Translations under genes and position numbers: made by a program
Notes under the pieces: generated by a model
Database searches by the model: none
What the model saw: only the letters and a program-made list of their open reading frames with translations
What the model was told of the DNA's origin: nothing
NCBI GenBank assembly: GCA_951804945.1
Contig: OX638149.1
Coordinates: forward strand, 23,002,001-23,066,000
Reading direction: 5' to 3'
Origin: Podarcis cretensis
Taxonomy: Eukaryota
DNA: 64,000 bases
In this document: positions 24,855-37,672 of the stretch, piece by piece
How the letters are laid out: each line of letters starts with the position of its first letter
Numbering within the stretch: position 1 is the stretch's first letter

Positions 24855-25190
24855 CAGTGGTGCCTCGCAAGACGAAATTAATTCGTTCCGCAAGTTTTTT
24901 CGTTTTGCGATTTTTTCGTCTTGCGAAACATGGACTTTGGAAAAGCTTCAAAAATCACCAAAGTCTTCAAAAACCTCAAAAAAGGCTACCACACCGTGTG
25001 CTATGAGTTGCTCCTCGAAGTGAATGCACGGTTTTAAGAAAAAGGAAACAAACTTGCAAGACAAAGGAAACAAACTTGCAAGACGTTTCCATAGGGTAAT
25101 CCGTCTTGCGAAGCAACTCAAAAAACGAAAAACTCTTTCGTTTTGCGAGTTTTTCGTCTTACGAGGCATTCGTCTTGCGAGGTACCACTG
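24855..25190. mobile_element. pogo/Tigger-like MITE, family 2
   Basis: TA-CAGTGGTGCCTCGCAAGACGAA...TTCGTCTTGCGAGGTACCACTG-TA, with internal CGTCTTGCGA repeats. Confidence 0.85.
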
Positions 25191-25386
25191 TATTATCTGC
25201 AGGAGCATTGCAGCAATTTCCTGAGTTGATGTTCCTCGTTTGACAACAGCAAGAAACTGAGTCTTTAGTGTCATCAGTCCAGTCCTGTGGAATACTCCGT
25301 CAACAGAGATTTGTGCAAGAATACATCTTTCCACGATAGTTATCTGATTTCCGATTTTAACACCCCCCCCCCCAGTTTTTATTGCA

Positions 25387-25627
25387 CAGTCGTAGCTTGG
25401 ATCACGTACGCCTTGCGAGTCGAATATTTTGGTTCCCAAATGCCACAAACCTGGAAGTGAGTGTTCCGGTTTGTGAACGTTCTTTGGAACCCAAACGTCT
25501 GATGTGGCTTCCGATTGGCTGCAGGAGCTTCCTGCAGCCAATCGGAAGCCGTGCCTTGGTTTCCAAACATTTTGGAAGTTGAACAGTCTTCCGGAACGGA
25601 TTCCGTTCGACTTCCAAGGTATGACTG
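25387..25627. mobile_element. pogo/Tigger-like MITE, family 3, with central perfect hairpin
   Basis: TIR CAGTCGTAGCTTGGA / TCCAAGGTATGACTG-TA. 21-bp perfect inverted repeat at 25506-25550. Confidence 0.8.
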
Positions 25628-27787
25628 TATTGTTTTTATATACTAATTTTGTAAACCCGACTGATTTTTAAAAAATGGATTAGTGGTATATAAGTGCTTA
25701 AAATAAAATGAATGAATAAAATGAATGACATATCTGATTACCATTTGCTAGGTAACAGGAATAGAAGAGGGCTACTGTCTTGCTTTGTGGGCTTACCATA
25801 TTCATTTAGTGGGCCACTGTGTGCACTTAAGAGGATCTCTGCTGGATCAGGCCCAAAGGCCCTCTGGTTCAGCTTCCTGCACTTACTGTGGGAATAAAAT
25901 GCGGGACGAGTTGGGTCCTTTGTCTGATCCATGGAGGGTCTGTAGATGTCCTTAGGTTCATCGTTTTGTGTTCCTCTCCTAACCTTAATTTCCACCAGAC
26001 TTGAAAGCAGGACTTCAATCCTAGTTAAAAGCAAAAAACTGTTTATAAAAGCTGTTGGGGTGAATTCACACTTGAGAGGGGAAGGACCATATGATTCAAG
26101 GCTGACATTCTACTTTTCTAAACTTGTGTTTCTGAGGCAGAGCTCTTTTTTTCACTGCAATCTTCCAGGAGGTTCCTGTTAGTCATAGAGTAACTATGAC
26201 TAAGTTTCTCATTTACTGGCCACATCAATAAATTTTTCATATAGTTGCCACAGCACTGTAAATCGCCGCCAGTCTTCCCTTTATCTAGAAGCAAAGCGTC
26301 ACTATACCGGAATGTCTCTGGCTGATTGTTCTGATAAGGTTCAAGAATGAGACTTTTGAATGACGGTGTCTTAAATGAAAGGAAGTTTAGTCAATCCCTC
26401 TCTGACATTCAGGTGAAATGAAAATGGATAAGATAAGGGTTTGTGCTACAATAACTTCCAGCAGTTCTGCTATTAGGAAGGCGCAATGGTTTTGTGCCAG
26501 CTAAGATTCTTCAGATGGAGTGAGTTTAGGACTGTTGACCACTAGTACTTTATCTTTCGGGTGCTTTTGAATCTGCTGTTTTCATGGGCCCCAGTGCCAA
26601 TAGGCTAGATTATTGAGGCCTCCAACTGCACCTTTATTCATTCATTCATTCATTTCATTCACATTTGCTCTTGCACGGGGGAGCTACCTTCTATTCACCT
26701 TGGTATAAATGGGTTACCAGATACCCCTGGGAAATTAAAGGTGGTCAGACACCTTGTGGATCTTAAGCGTGTCTGCGTTTGCACACATCTTATGCTCCAG
26801 ATGGTGTGTGAGGTCGATTTTGACCGTGACTGTTAGACTCTTGCTGAAGATTTAGTCGCCACAAGTTAATGACCTTCTGGGGTCATAAAACAACAATGAA
26901 CTTTGCATCTTAACTAACAGCTGAGGGCCTAAGAGGCTTTCAGCTACTCAAAAGAAATGTGAGTAGTAACAACAGTTTCTTCAGATACTGTGGTGAGCCA
27001 GGAATTCAGAAATTGATGGTGGTAGTGGGGGGGGGGGACACTGCCCCCCCATCCCGGCCCCAAGTGTGTTAAGTCAGTAAGAGGTGATCAAAGCAACTGC
27101 ATTGAAGGTTTTGTTCTAGAGCTGGAAATTAATGAGCCTCCTCGCTATGTGTTGTATTGAATAGGTGCAAAAACTGATTTCTCTCTCACTCTCTCTGGCT
27201 TCTTCAATGCTTATAAAAGTGACCTGAAGCCATTTTTTGGTGGCACGGAGCTGCAATCCCCCCCCCCCCGACTTTATCTCGCTAGCTGTAAATGCAAAAG
27301 TCGGAAATTGCTGTGTGGTAGTGGAAGAAAATACATTTAATAGTGTTGAGTTTCAAGATAGGTGGCTGTGTCGAGATTTAAAGATAGCCCAAGTGAAAGT
27401 GTACTTCATTCCCTATCAGATTCTTAACCCTCTCAAACTTAAGATATTTATAATACTTGATTGGGGTTGTTTACAGATCTAGTAAGGAATCCAGGGACAA
27501 AATGGTCTTGGGTAAATAATCTGTTTTAGAGACCTCTAGTCCTACATCTGCTGTATTCGAAACCTCAACTGGGTCACTAACTCTCATTAATGTTTATGTT
27601 TCAAACAACATTGCTGCCAAAAGGGACAGTTTGTCTACACACAGAGATATCTCTTGATCAACCGTGGAACAGGTCCCGACAGAATTCCACAAGAACTGTT
27701 CTGGCCCAGTGCTGAATTATTTGCTGCAAGGCACTCTTTCAGAAGCATAAACAAGATTATTCTGAATAATTCAGTAACAGGAAGAAG

Positions 27788-28250
27788 TTCATAGAATTAC
27801 ATAAGACTCTTTGGGAGTTTTTCCCCCCTCCCAAAATATTGAAAGATCTGTAACTTGCAATTTACGCATGGAAACTTTGCAACCATCAAGGTATGTTCAA
27901 ATATGGCTTTCCAAAACCCAACCCTGCACCAGCTTTTTATACATGCCACATCTCATGTGCTTTTGTCAAGTTTGGAAAGAGAAGCTATCCTTGAACTGGA
28001 CAGCTCACAGCTGTGAGCTGATGAGTAATTCTGTTAAATTCATAGAATTACTTAAGAGTCTGTGGGAGATTCCATCGAGGGATTCTTCAGCTTGCAATTG
28101 GCTTGTTGAAACTTCACAACCATCAAGATACTGAGACATGTTCAAATATGGCCTTCTACAATCTCCCCCACCCTGTTCCTCAGCCCTCAGAACATCAGTT
28201 TCGGACATATGTCACATTTCTGGCCAGCTCACAACTATGGTCTTGTGACT
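27788..28250. repeat. Degenerate tandem duplication, period about 251 bp
   Basis: Colinear shared blocks TTCATAGAATTAC, CTTGCAATT, CAACCATCAAG, ATGTTCAAATATGGC and CAGCTCACA, with units starting at 27788 and 28039. Confidence 0.8.
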
Positions 28251-28400
28251 AATTTGACCACAATTTGCTATAAGTGTATCCTTTTCCCATAAGCCAAAGG
28301 CTGCATTTCGACATAACGAGAACGAGTGTTGGCCTTGTGTGCTATGTATGGCTATGAGGAGAATGGAAATGGCTACCAGTTAATTTTAACTATGGTTAGT

Positions 28401-28531
28401 CATGGGTGTAGCCAGGATTTTTGTTGAGGGGGCAGGCCTTTTGTGGGGGGGGGGCAGAACCTCAATTTGCTATTTATTTTTATTTTAATGGGGGGACAGC
28501 TGCCCCCCCGCCCTCCCTTGGCTAAGCCCAT
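28401..28531. mobile_element. Small CATGGG-TIR non-autonomous DNA element
   Basis: CATGGGTGTAGCCAGG...TTGGCTAAGCCCAT, homologous to the reverse complement of 5495-5555. Confidence 0.6.
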
Positions 28532-30132
28532 TTGGCTAAGCCCAGCTTCATAAACTGACTGGAAGTTGACTTGCTTCAACAAACCATAAGGTTAACCCTG
28601 TTTTGTTTGGGTTTGGATGACACAGCTAGAATTGGAAGGCCGGGGGGGGGCTATTGGGGGGGGAGCAGAAGTCCTGTCACACAAGTGGACATCCTTGTGC
28701 TGATGGTATGGTGGCTTAGTGCTACGCTGGAAACAAGGCATAATAATTTTCAGAATACATGACATTTTTCTTTACTCTGTTAGTGGCTTCTTCTGGTTTT
28801 TTAAATTGATCCTTATGAACTGGCAAAACCAGAGGCTACAGGTCCCTTGGTGTTCACTAGCTTTTATCTCTATTTGTAACAACAAAATTAAAAATATATG
28901 AAGATGATGATGATGATGAATACACCGCCCTACACCTGCAGGTCTCAGGGCAGTTCGCAGGACGAAATCAGAGTATAAAACCACAAAGTACATAATCAAA
29001 ATAAAAACAACAATCTCCCAATAACCCCCCCCCCCAGCACATTTTAAAAGCACATAGGATGTCAATCAAATCATCCAAAGGCCTGATTAAAGAGGAACTT
29101 TTTGCCTGGCACCTAATGGTGTATAACGAAGTGACTCGATCCATAAAGGGTGAGATTTTTATTTTTATTTTTTCTTTGAAGTATGACACATTTTTCAATT
29201 TCCCCTCAAATTTCTGTCCCCCCCAGAAAACCTCTCAAGGGAAAAACCTCATCTTTTCCCATAGCTTCAGAATTTCTGGAATTTTTATATCTTTAGACAC
29301 AGTAAGCTGTGACTGACCTAAAATGAAAGCAAAGGTTCCCAAACTCCGTGTGGCCGTGTCAGAGGCTTGTTATCGTAATGCTAACCTTAATCCTCTTTTG
29401 AAATATCTGCTGTTCCCTTTTTAAAAAAAAATAAATAAATCCCAGAACAAATGGATGTTTAACACATTCTGTTTTGTCTTGAACATCGGGTAAAGTATTA
29501 TTTAATATAGCAAAACCTCTCTGGGTCGGACTGTTCCAACAAGTATCTCAGTTAATTATTTTCTGAAGAAAGGAAGTATCTAAGTATCTAAGTATTCTGG
29601 GACAGCACCACATCGCTTACCCCTGTCCTAGGGTCTAAGCACCATTAAGTGCTCTGTAATTTATATTTTTATTTTTTTGGCTTTGATTTGGCAGCTCAAC
29701 GTATGCTGGCACCAAATGCTCAACAAAATGACGTTTGGATTGCAGGAAGTTCTGAATCCACATTTCTGATACTTTTTTGGGGGCAGCAAAGATGTTTTAT
29801 GACTTGTACAGTGGAATGCTGCACGCAGTTTAAGGCCCTTGTTTTGGACAATCTGCGCTTCTTTGGCTGTCTTTATAGGGCACCGTGATTCATATTAAAT
29901 TGGTTTGCCAATGCCTCTCCTTGTAATAATGGAAAATTTCAACTGAGGACACTCTGTCTTCACTGCAGCTGTGTCCGTGGTGGCCCTTCCAAGCTCTTTC
30001 AGTTCTAACTCTTGGAACGAGAGTCGTTTGACCTGTTGGAGCTTGAGCATTTGGTGTTTGTAGTACACAGTGAATCATCCACCTTTTTGTTTTCCCTTGG
30101 GACTCTATGGGAAAGTTAGCCACAGACTGATG

Positions 30133-30268
30133 CAGTGTTTCCCAACCTTGTGCCTCCAGCTGTTTTTGAACTACAACTCCCATCATCCCTGACTAGCAAG
30201 ACCAGTGGCAAGGGATGATGGGAATTGTAGTCCAAAAACAGCTGGAGGCACAAGGTTGGGAAACACTG
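30133..30268. mobile_element. hAT-type palindromic MITE
   Basis: Long near-perfect inverted repeat CAGTGTTTCCCAACCTTGTGCCTCCAGCTGTTTTTG / CAAAAACAGCTGGAGGCACAAGGTTGGGAAACACTG. TSD is poorly preserved. Confidence 0.85.
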
Positions 30269-31007
30269 GATTAGAGAACCAGTATATAACTTTTTTTTTT
30301 TTTTTAAAAAAAAGATACCTAGGATTACGGTTAGTCTAGAATGTATTACTGATGTCTCTGCCCTCCCGGCTTTTAATCTTTGCTTCAATGTTTAATACCT
30401 GTTTTCTGTGATGATTTTGCTTTATGCTTGGTTTTGCATTACAAACACCCACCCAGCCACCCCTGGCTTCCACTCCTTCAGCCTCATATACTTCCACTCC
30501 TCAGCCTCATATACTGTATATGAAACAGAGGTTATCTTGATGCAAATGGGCTAGATGACCTTCAGGATCACTTCCAACTCTACAATTCTATGAAATCCCA
30601 CAAGTTTTTGTGCTGACAAATGACAGAGATTAAGAGCCACTGGAATCAAAGTTCTGTTTAATCAAACGTGATCAAGTTAATAGCTTGTTCTTGTTCAATT
30701 TAACATGTAATGTTGTTGTCAGAATTAGATTTTGGTTCACCCAGCTTTAGGGTGTGTTTTGACTTCTTTTAGCTTAGGATAGCACGATTCGCTTTCGTTT
30801 TTGTTTTAGGTGAGTGCTCAGGAGTCCTAAAGGCGCCTGTGGTTTGCAAACATGTCATTTTTCATTATGTTCCTTAAAACGGTCTGGACCCCGTACTTTG
30901 CTGTGCTAATGGCAGATCAGCATTTCTTTGGTCTTCCCCTTTCAAACATATGTGTACTATATAGTAGCACACTTCGTGGAAATTCAGCTAATTATACTGA
31001 TATGTGA

Positions 31008-31200
31008 TACAGTCGTTGGTGTGCTGGATTAAGACCTGGGAGACCAGGGTTCAAACCCCTATGCAGCCATGAAATTCACTGAGTGACCTTGGACCTGTCA
31101 CTCACTCTCAGCCTAACTTACCTCAAAGGCTTGTTGTGGGGATTAAGTGGGGAGGAGCAGAACTATGCATGCCACCTTGAGCTTCTTGGAGGGAAAGTGC
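31008..31200 (+). mobile_element. MIR/CORE-like SINE
   Basis: B box GGTTCAAACCC, core GTGACCTTGG..CTCTCAGCCT..TTGTTGTG, followed by (AAAT)n. Confidence 0.65.
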
Positions 31201-31284
31201 AAAAATGCAAAAATAAAATATAAATAAATAAATAAATAAATAAATAAAATGCAAAAATAAAATATGAAATCAAAATGGGATGTG

Positions 31285-31556
31285 TCTTCTTCATCGGAGG
31301 TTTTTAAGCAGAGGTTGGATGGCCATCTGTCATGGATGCTTTAGCTGGATTCCTGCATTGCAAAGGGTTGGACTATATCAGGCATAGGCAAACTTGACCC
31401 GCCAAATGTTTTGGGACTACAACTCCCATCATCCCTGACCACTGGTCCTGTTAGCTAGGGATGATTGGAGTTGTAGTCCCAAAACATCTGGAGGGCCGAG
31501 TTTGCCTATGCCTGGACTATATGGTCCCTTCCAGTTCTGCAATTCTATGATTCTAT
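31285..31556 (+). mobile_element. CR1 LINE 3' end interrupted by a hAT MITE
   Basis: GAGGTTTTTAAGCAGAGGTTGGATGGCCATCTGTC...TTCCTGCATTG...GGTCCCTTCCA and a terminal (ATTCTATG)2 octamer repeat typical of CR1. Confidence 0.85.
31379..31514. mobile_element. hAT-type palindromic MITE
   Basis: TIR CAGGCATAGGCAAACT / AGTTTGCCTATGCCTG, perfect 8-bp TSD GACTATAT. Confidence 0.92.
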
Positions 31557-32041
31557 AATTTGTGGAATGGATAATAAAACAAGTGCGAATTGCGGCCAAA
31601 TCACCTAACTGTGGGATGAATCTTAGCTGAATGAAGAAATTGCCTTAGGTGGTTTGGCTGCTTCAGCCTATGGAGGCTAATCCTATATCACAGGATCAGC
31701 AGGGTTGATTTGTGAATTAAAATTTGCGCATTCTGAGTATGAAGCCAAAACATGAAGGAAAAGACTCAGTGCTGGATTGAGAAGGTGTAGACCCCCTTGG
31801 CCACATCCATTTTGGTAGCTTGGGCAATCCTCAATTGATGCCCTTCCAAAAGGAGCTCAGCTTCCTCAGCACCCACTGTGTAGCTCCTCACACAAGACTA
31901 GCTCCTTAGTCCTGCCCAAATTGATGAAGTTTGGGTTTGTCTCTTTTACTCAGTAACAAGGGAGAGATCTTTCTCAGCAGTGGCACCCCAAATATGGAAT
32001 GCCCTCCCTAAACCCTCTCATGTGATGCCTACAAAAACAAC

Positions 32042-32184
32042 CCTGGGATGGCTCTGTTGACATGAGACTCTTGATCTGAGGGTCCAAGTTTGAGACCCAC
32101 GTTGGGCAAAAGATTTCTGTATTGCAGGGGCTTGGACTAGATGACTCTTGTGGTCCCTTCCAACTCTATAATCCTATGACTCTG
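32042..32184 (+). mobile_element. tRNA-Lys(CTT)-derived SINE with CR1 tail
   Basis: CATGAGACTCTTGATCTGAGGGT...CCCACGTTGGGC, then AAAAGATTTCTGTATTGCAGGGG..TTGGACTAGATGAC..GGTCCCTTCCAACTCTA. Confidence 0.75.
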
Positions 32185-33124
32185 TAGCCTAGTGATCCTC
32201 CTGCAGTAGGAAAAAGAAGAACAAAGCTGGCAGATGGCAAGAGGCACAACTTGGAGCCTTCAATCTGCTTTTTTTATATAAGCACCTAAACTCCACTAAA
32301 TAATCACAGGCTGTTGGACGGAACATTTTGTGGGTGGGGGGACAGGAACAGGGTCAGACCTTTAAGAAAATACACACATGGATAAGCCCTAAGGCACAGT
32401 AGGATTTTCGACATACTGTGTTTACTATATTTGGTTCACTTCAGGCAGTTGTACCTACAGTCCTCTGGGATGGAAGGTCAGGTTAGGTGGAGGTAAAAAA
32501 ACATTGCATGGATGTCAAGAACCAGCCCTTAACACTGTTTATTGTTTGAGTAAGATTTGCAGTACATAGATGCTTGGGGAATTGCTATTCTTATTTGAAA
32601 CTTTCTTGCAGACAAATTCATTTTGTTAAGACTTCTTGCAAGGTAAGTGTGTCTGGGTTGAGTCTCAGGCAGACACACATCAGCAGTTCCGGAAAGTGTC
32701 AAAGGGTATATAAAGAAGCTCGTTCAGTTTCCCACCAAGGAAATTCATTCAGTTGCATGGCGCTAATCTGACCCGGGATCTTCCTTTTGACCGCAATCTG
32801 CAACATGGGACCTAGTTTTAATTTAATTCTCTCTCTCTGTGTGTGTGTGTGAGCCAGACAGACTCTGTTTAAAGTTGTTTGTTCTCCCTAGGAAACCCCG
32901 GGGAATTGCATTCCTGTGTGTTTGGAATGGAGGGAATAGAGAAAGCCAACAACATAAATCTTAGAGTCTGCGCCAAACTACAATTTCCAAGACTTCGAAG
33001 AAAAGCCGTAAAACTAGTGTAGAACCGGGATAAACCTGCTACCCCTAGTCTGTCTCCCCTTTTCTGTTTTTCAACATCTTCTTTTGGAAAGTCACATGTT
33101 TTGTGTCTTGGCTGCAACTTACTA

Positions 33125-33357
33125 CAATGGTACCTCGTGTTACGTACTTAATCCGTTCCAGAGGTCTGTTCATAACAGGAAACCGCTCGTAACATGAGGC
33201 GTGCTTCCTCTAATGGCGCCTGCCGCGCCGCCAGAGCGCAACTTCCACTCGCATCCCGGGGCAAAGTTTGCAACAAGGGGCATCTACTTCTGGGTTAGTG
33301 GAGCACGTAACCTGCACCATTCGTAAGGGGGACAGTACGTAACACGAGGTACCCCTG
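33125..33357. mobile_element. pogo/Tigger-like MITE, family 4
   Basis: TA-CAATGGTACCTCGTGTTACGTACT...AGTACGTAACACGAGGTACCCCTG-TA. Confidence 0.8.
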
Positions 33358-36097
33358 TATAGGAACTGACTAAACCATTTGGAAACAAATAGTATATTTC
33401 CTGTTGTTGCTCTCCACCTAAAGAGAATTTTGTTGGACGAGTTGCATTGTGTAGCTAAAATGAGCTTAGTTTAATGTAGCCGTCCCATAGACATCCGACT
33501 GGCAATTTTGGGGACAAAATGCTAGATTTAGATAGGCCTTTGGTCTGATCTGCTACTATTCTCCTCACGCTCTTGTGTGCGTAGCAGTTAGTGGGCATGT
33601 TTGTAGACTGCTGTGATGCCACTTAGAAGTCATTTCCTGTGTTTAGATTTAAAAGCAGTCTGCTGCGTTGATGGGATGAAAAGTTAAAACCTATAAAAGC
33701 AACTCCCACCCCCAAAGTGCTTGACAGAGGCAATGTTTGAAGCAGTGTTTTCAACTTATACCCTGGTTCTCCTGTCCTTATCCTTCCCTTTTTCTTTAAA
33801 AAAAATAGTTACTATTAGCATATGCACATTTATTTATTTATTTAGAAAATTAATATACAGTACTGCTGAGCATTTTTGGCAAAAATGGCTATAAAATAAA
33901 AAAGCAATAAACTACAAATAAAGATCAGAATGCAATGAATATGCTTAAAACCTATCAATTAAAACGATGCCCTTGGGTAAAGAAGATTTTAGGGAATATT
34001 TGAGGCATCCAACAATTTCATTTACCTACATAGCAATCCCTCTGTGGCTTAATTTAGGTTTAAGTGACCCTACAGGTAGTTCACCTGTAATTTTCATGAA
34101 AAGTCTATTGGAATGAGATAAGCCAGAATCTATTTTTCTGAATCTAAATCAGTAATGCTTATTTAAGTTTGGTGGGTCTACCTACCCACCCCCAGAACTA
34201 CACTGAGCAGCAGCAGACACAAGCTACTTCTACTCTAGAAGAGTTGGTTTCTTTTATACTGTGTATTTTGGGATAGCTCCTTACAGAGCAGTTTACAAAA
34301 TTTAAATGCAATCCACACAATACAAGATCAGTAAAACCAATACAATCACAAACTAACATTAAAATAGTATAGTTTTTAAAGTCTTATTGCCAGCACATCC
34401 AGATTAAAAATGAAGCTCCTGCTTCTTTTGTGTCCAGTGTAAACACAAAAGAAAAGCTTATGTTTCCTGTTCTATTGTCACCCAAGTTATAGAGGAACTG
34501 TTGATGTATTGCATTAACATGTCGGTTATATTACGTACATCTTTATCTGTTTTAAGGAAGCCCTTCAACTGGCTGTTGAATGTGAAACTAATAAAATATC
34601 CAGTGAAGTATTGGCCAAATATATTTTTAGCAATATCCATTGAGGTTCAAGCAGACTTCTACTCATGCACTGGGACTTTTCTTTCCTCCCCTCTGCTTCA
34701 GAAGTTCCCCCAACCATCCAGAGCAGATTTGGGGGGCATGCAAGGGACTGTGGAAGCCAGGAGTAGAAGACAACACACCACTTAGATGTCACCCAGGCCT
34801 CTTGTTCCAACTGTTTGTTGCATTTCAACAAAGTACACTATGCCTTTGTCAATCCTTCAGCATGTAAGAATATTGGGTATGCCCACCAATGCCATTGCAG
34901 TTCTATATTCAATACCTTCAAGAGCACATTGGCTGTGCTTGTGTGTGGCTATAGTTAGCTGGTATATCTGCAGCAATGCTGTTATCTTCCTGTCTGGCGA
35001 TGACTCTCATGACAAAAATGAGGTTACGCATGGACAGTTTACTGCTCCAGTTCTGTGTCCCAAGAATTCCAGCGCTGAAAAACATGGACAGTCATTCAAG
35101 GATTATTTCTTTCTCCATCTCTGTGATTCACCTATAACAAGTTATTGTGGCGTTTCATTTTTAGGGAACAATCTCTGGTATGTAAGGACGGGTGATAAGT
35201 GCTTTCTCAACAGCTGATTTCTAGCCAGCTGGGGCAGTGGCCCAGGAGTCTTACATCGTTAATCCCCAGTGTCAAGAATCGTGACTCAGCTCTTCCCGCT
35301 ATGAGCATTACAGCTCTACTTTACGAACCTGTCGCCTTGATTATAGTTGACCCCACCAGCCCCATGCATGTCAGAAGCCTTTTAAAACTGAATGCCGAGG
35401 TTTTCAGAGGGTTTGTTTTTTTAAACAAGGCCTTGTGGCTTACGTAAGGGTTTCAACGGGGCAGCCCTTGTGCTGCTGACTCTATACTGTCAAAGCCGTC
35501 TAATCTAATCCAAAACAGGAAGACTGCAAGTAACATAAGTTCAAGAGGAAAAGGATTATAATGGCTCTGTACGTGAGAGGCCTGGTGCTCTATTGTGGCT
35601 TAGGAAATTCTGACCGAGTCAGGGTCAAACCATCTATCAATATCTTCTGAGGGAGATGCCTGGGGCCTCTTCTCGTGCTGCTTTTTATATGCATGTGTCT
35701 CTTAAAAGCACTACTCGGTGTTTTTAAATATATCTAATGTGTTCCAAATAAACTTTATTGATTTAAATCTTGCTGATAAAAAAATAATCTAGGAAAACAC
35801 CAAGAGAGGCGGCATTGCACTGCACAAGACAACTGGCCCATCTGGACCAGTATTTATTGACACTGGCTGGCAGCAGCTTTCGGAAGCTTGGGAGAAAGTT
35901 CCTTTCCCCCCACACCTAATTCTTTAGCCAGGGATGAAAACTGACGCTGCATGCAAGGGATGTTTTCTATCACCGAGTTATGGCTCCTGACACAGTGATC
36001 TGAAATTTCCCCTCCCCATAATTCCATTTCTCTCTCTATATATTTTGACACACCTGTGACACAGTCCCCTCATAAGAAAGCAAGATCCATTCCTAGT

Positions 36098-36099
36098 TC

Positions 36100-36147
<48 letters not shown>

Positions 36148-36149
36148 TC
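36098..36149. repeat. (TTTC)n microsatellite
   Basis: Read directly from the sequence. Confidence 0.97.
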
Positions 36150-37499
36150 CTCCCTCAACTTTTCGTCCTCACTGCCTCACAAATTATAGAGCATCCTCCT
36201 CGAAAGAGAGCCATTTCCCTACATGTCACACCACCCCGGTTTTCTTCTCATGTGCCTTTTTCTTCATGGGTTTCCAGAGGCATTTTTTCCAGGGTGTGTG
36301 TAGTGGGGGAGGGATGTGAAGTAAAACAGTGTTGGGGGGGGCAAGCTAGTTACTCACAAAAATAAAAATAAAATAAATGTCTGCACATTTTGACTTATAC
36401 TTCAGGTTCTACAAATGCTAGAAATGTAACTTTTTTTAAAAAAAGGAAAGGTGGGAACCTGGGGATTATGGTTCGGGGGAGGGCAGCATTTGTCCCCATG
36501 GCCACCCGTGCTTTCCTTGCACCTATTGGGGCAGCTCTCCCAAATCCATTCCCAGGTTTCTTCCAAGTTCTCTCTTGCTTTATTTGTCCCTGTCTCATTT
36601 AATTTATCTACAGTTGTTTTTCTCTTCCCTGTCCCCCCTTTAATCTTTGCCTCATTTCTGTTTCATTGCACTTCTAAGATACCCCCTTACCTTCCCTCAG
36701 CCACTTACACCCCCTGTTTGGTTTGTATCTTGGTCTCTGAACAGCTCATAATATAAATAAAAGTGAATTTCCATTTTTTTTAAAAGAGGCAGTATCCTGC
36801 TTACACACGTGTGCCCTTCACGCTTGATGAGGTGCATATGTGTTTAGTATTCAGGATAGGCATATACAAGAACAAACTAGTAAAACGAAAATCTGCCTTT
36901 AGGCTTGGAATATCTTGAATTCCTTTCCAACCCCCATGACAGCATATCTGGTAGTCATACGACAACCGCAACTACTGTCGTTTTCTGCTTAAGTCATTTT
37001 GTTGCCATAACATGCAGCGTACGGAACCATGTTTGTTCTGTGTGTCATGTTACACTTTTTTTTTGAGGAAAATATGATTCTCCTGTTGACATTTGCTCTT
37101 CCCCAGTCGCTTCTGCATCCAGCGCGATGGCAGGGCATGTTAACATTATGCACGGCTCTGCTTTCTGAGAATGTGGAGTCAAAGCTTTCATATTCCCTCT
37201 TGAGTCACGAGGGGGGAAGGAGGCAGGGTTAGAAACTCAGTTATATAAGTTAATGGCTCCTTAAACCTGGATTAGGGCCACCGCAATGGTATGTCTAGGC
37301 GCCATTCCCCGCCCAGTGGAGATGATGATGATGATGATGATGATGATGAATTTCATTTCTATATATTTTAAAGAAAAAACCTCAGAGTGGTTTGCAACAC
37401 ATGAAAACATCAAATAAAACAATCCAGAATAAAACAAAGTTTCAAGCAAAATATTTCAGATCCTCCTCTAAGTGACATTTTGCTTTCTCCATATTTATT

Positions 37500-37672
37500 C
37501 AGTGTTGGGCTAGGACCTGGGAGGTCAGGGTTCAAACCCCCACTCAGTCATGAAGCTCACTGGGTGATCTTGGGTCTCTTAACTCACCTCACAGGGTTGT
37601 TGTAGGAATTAGCTGGAGGGGGGTGAACCATGTACTCAAGGGAGGAAAAGGTGAGATTTAGATGCAGTAAAT
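37500..37672 (+). mobile_element. MIR/CORE-like SINE
   Basis: Homologous to 31008-31200 (GGACCTGGGAG..GGGTTCAAACCCC..CATGAAGCTCACTGGGTGA). Confidence 0.6.
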
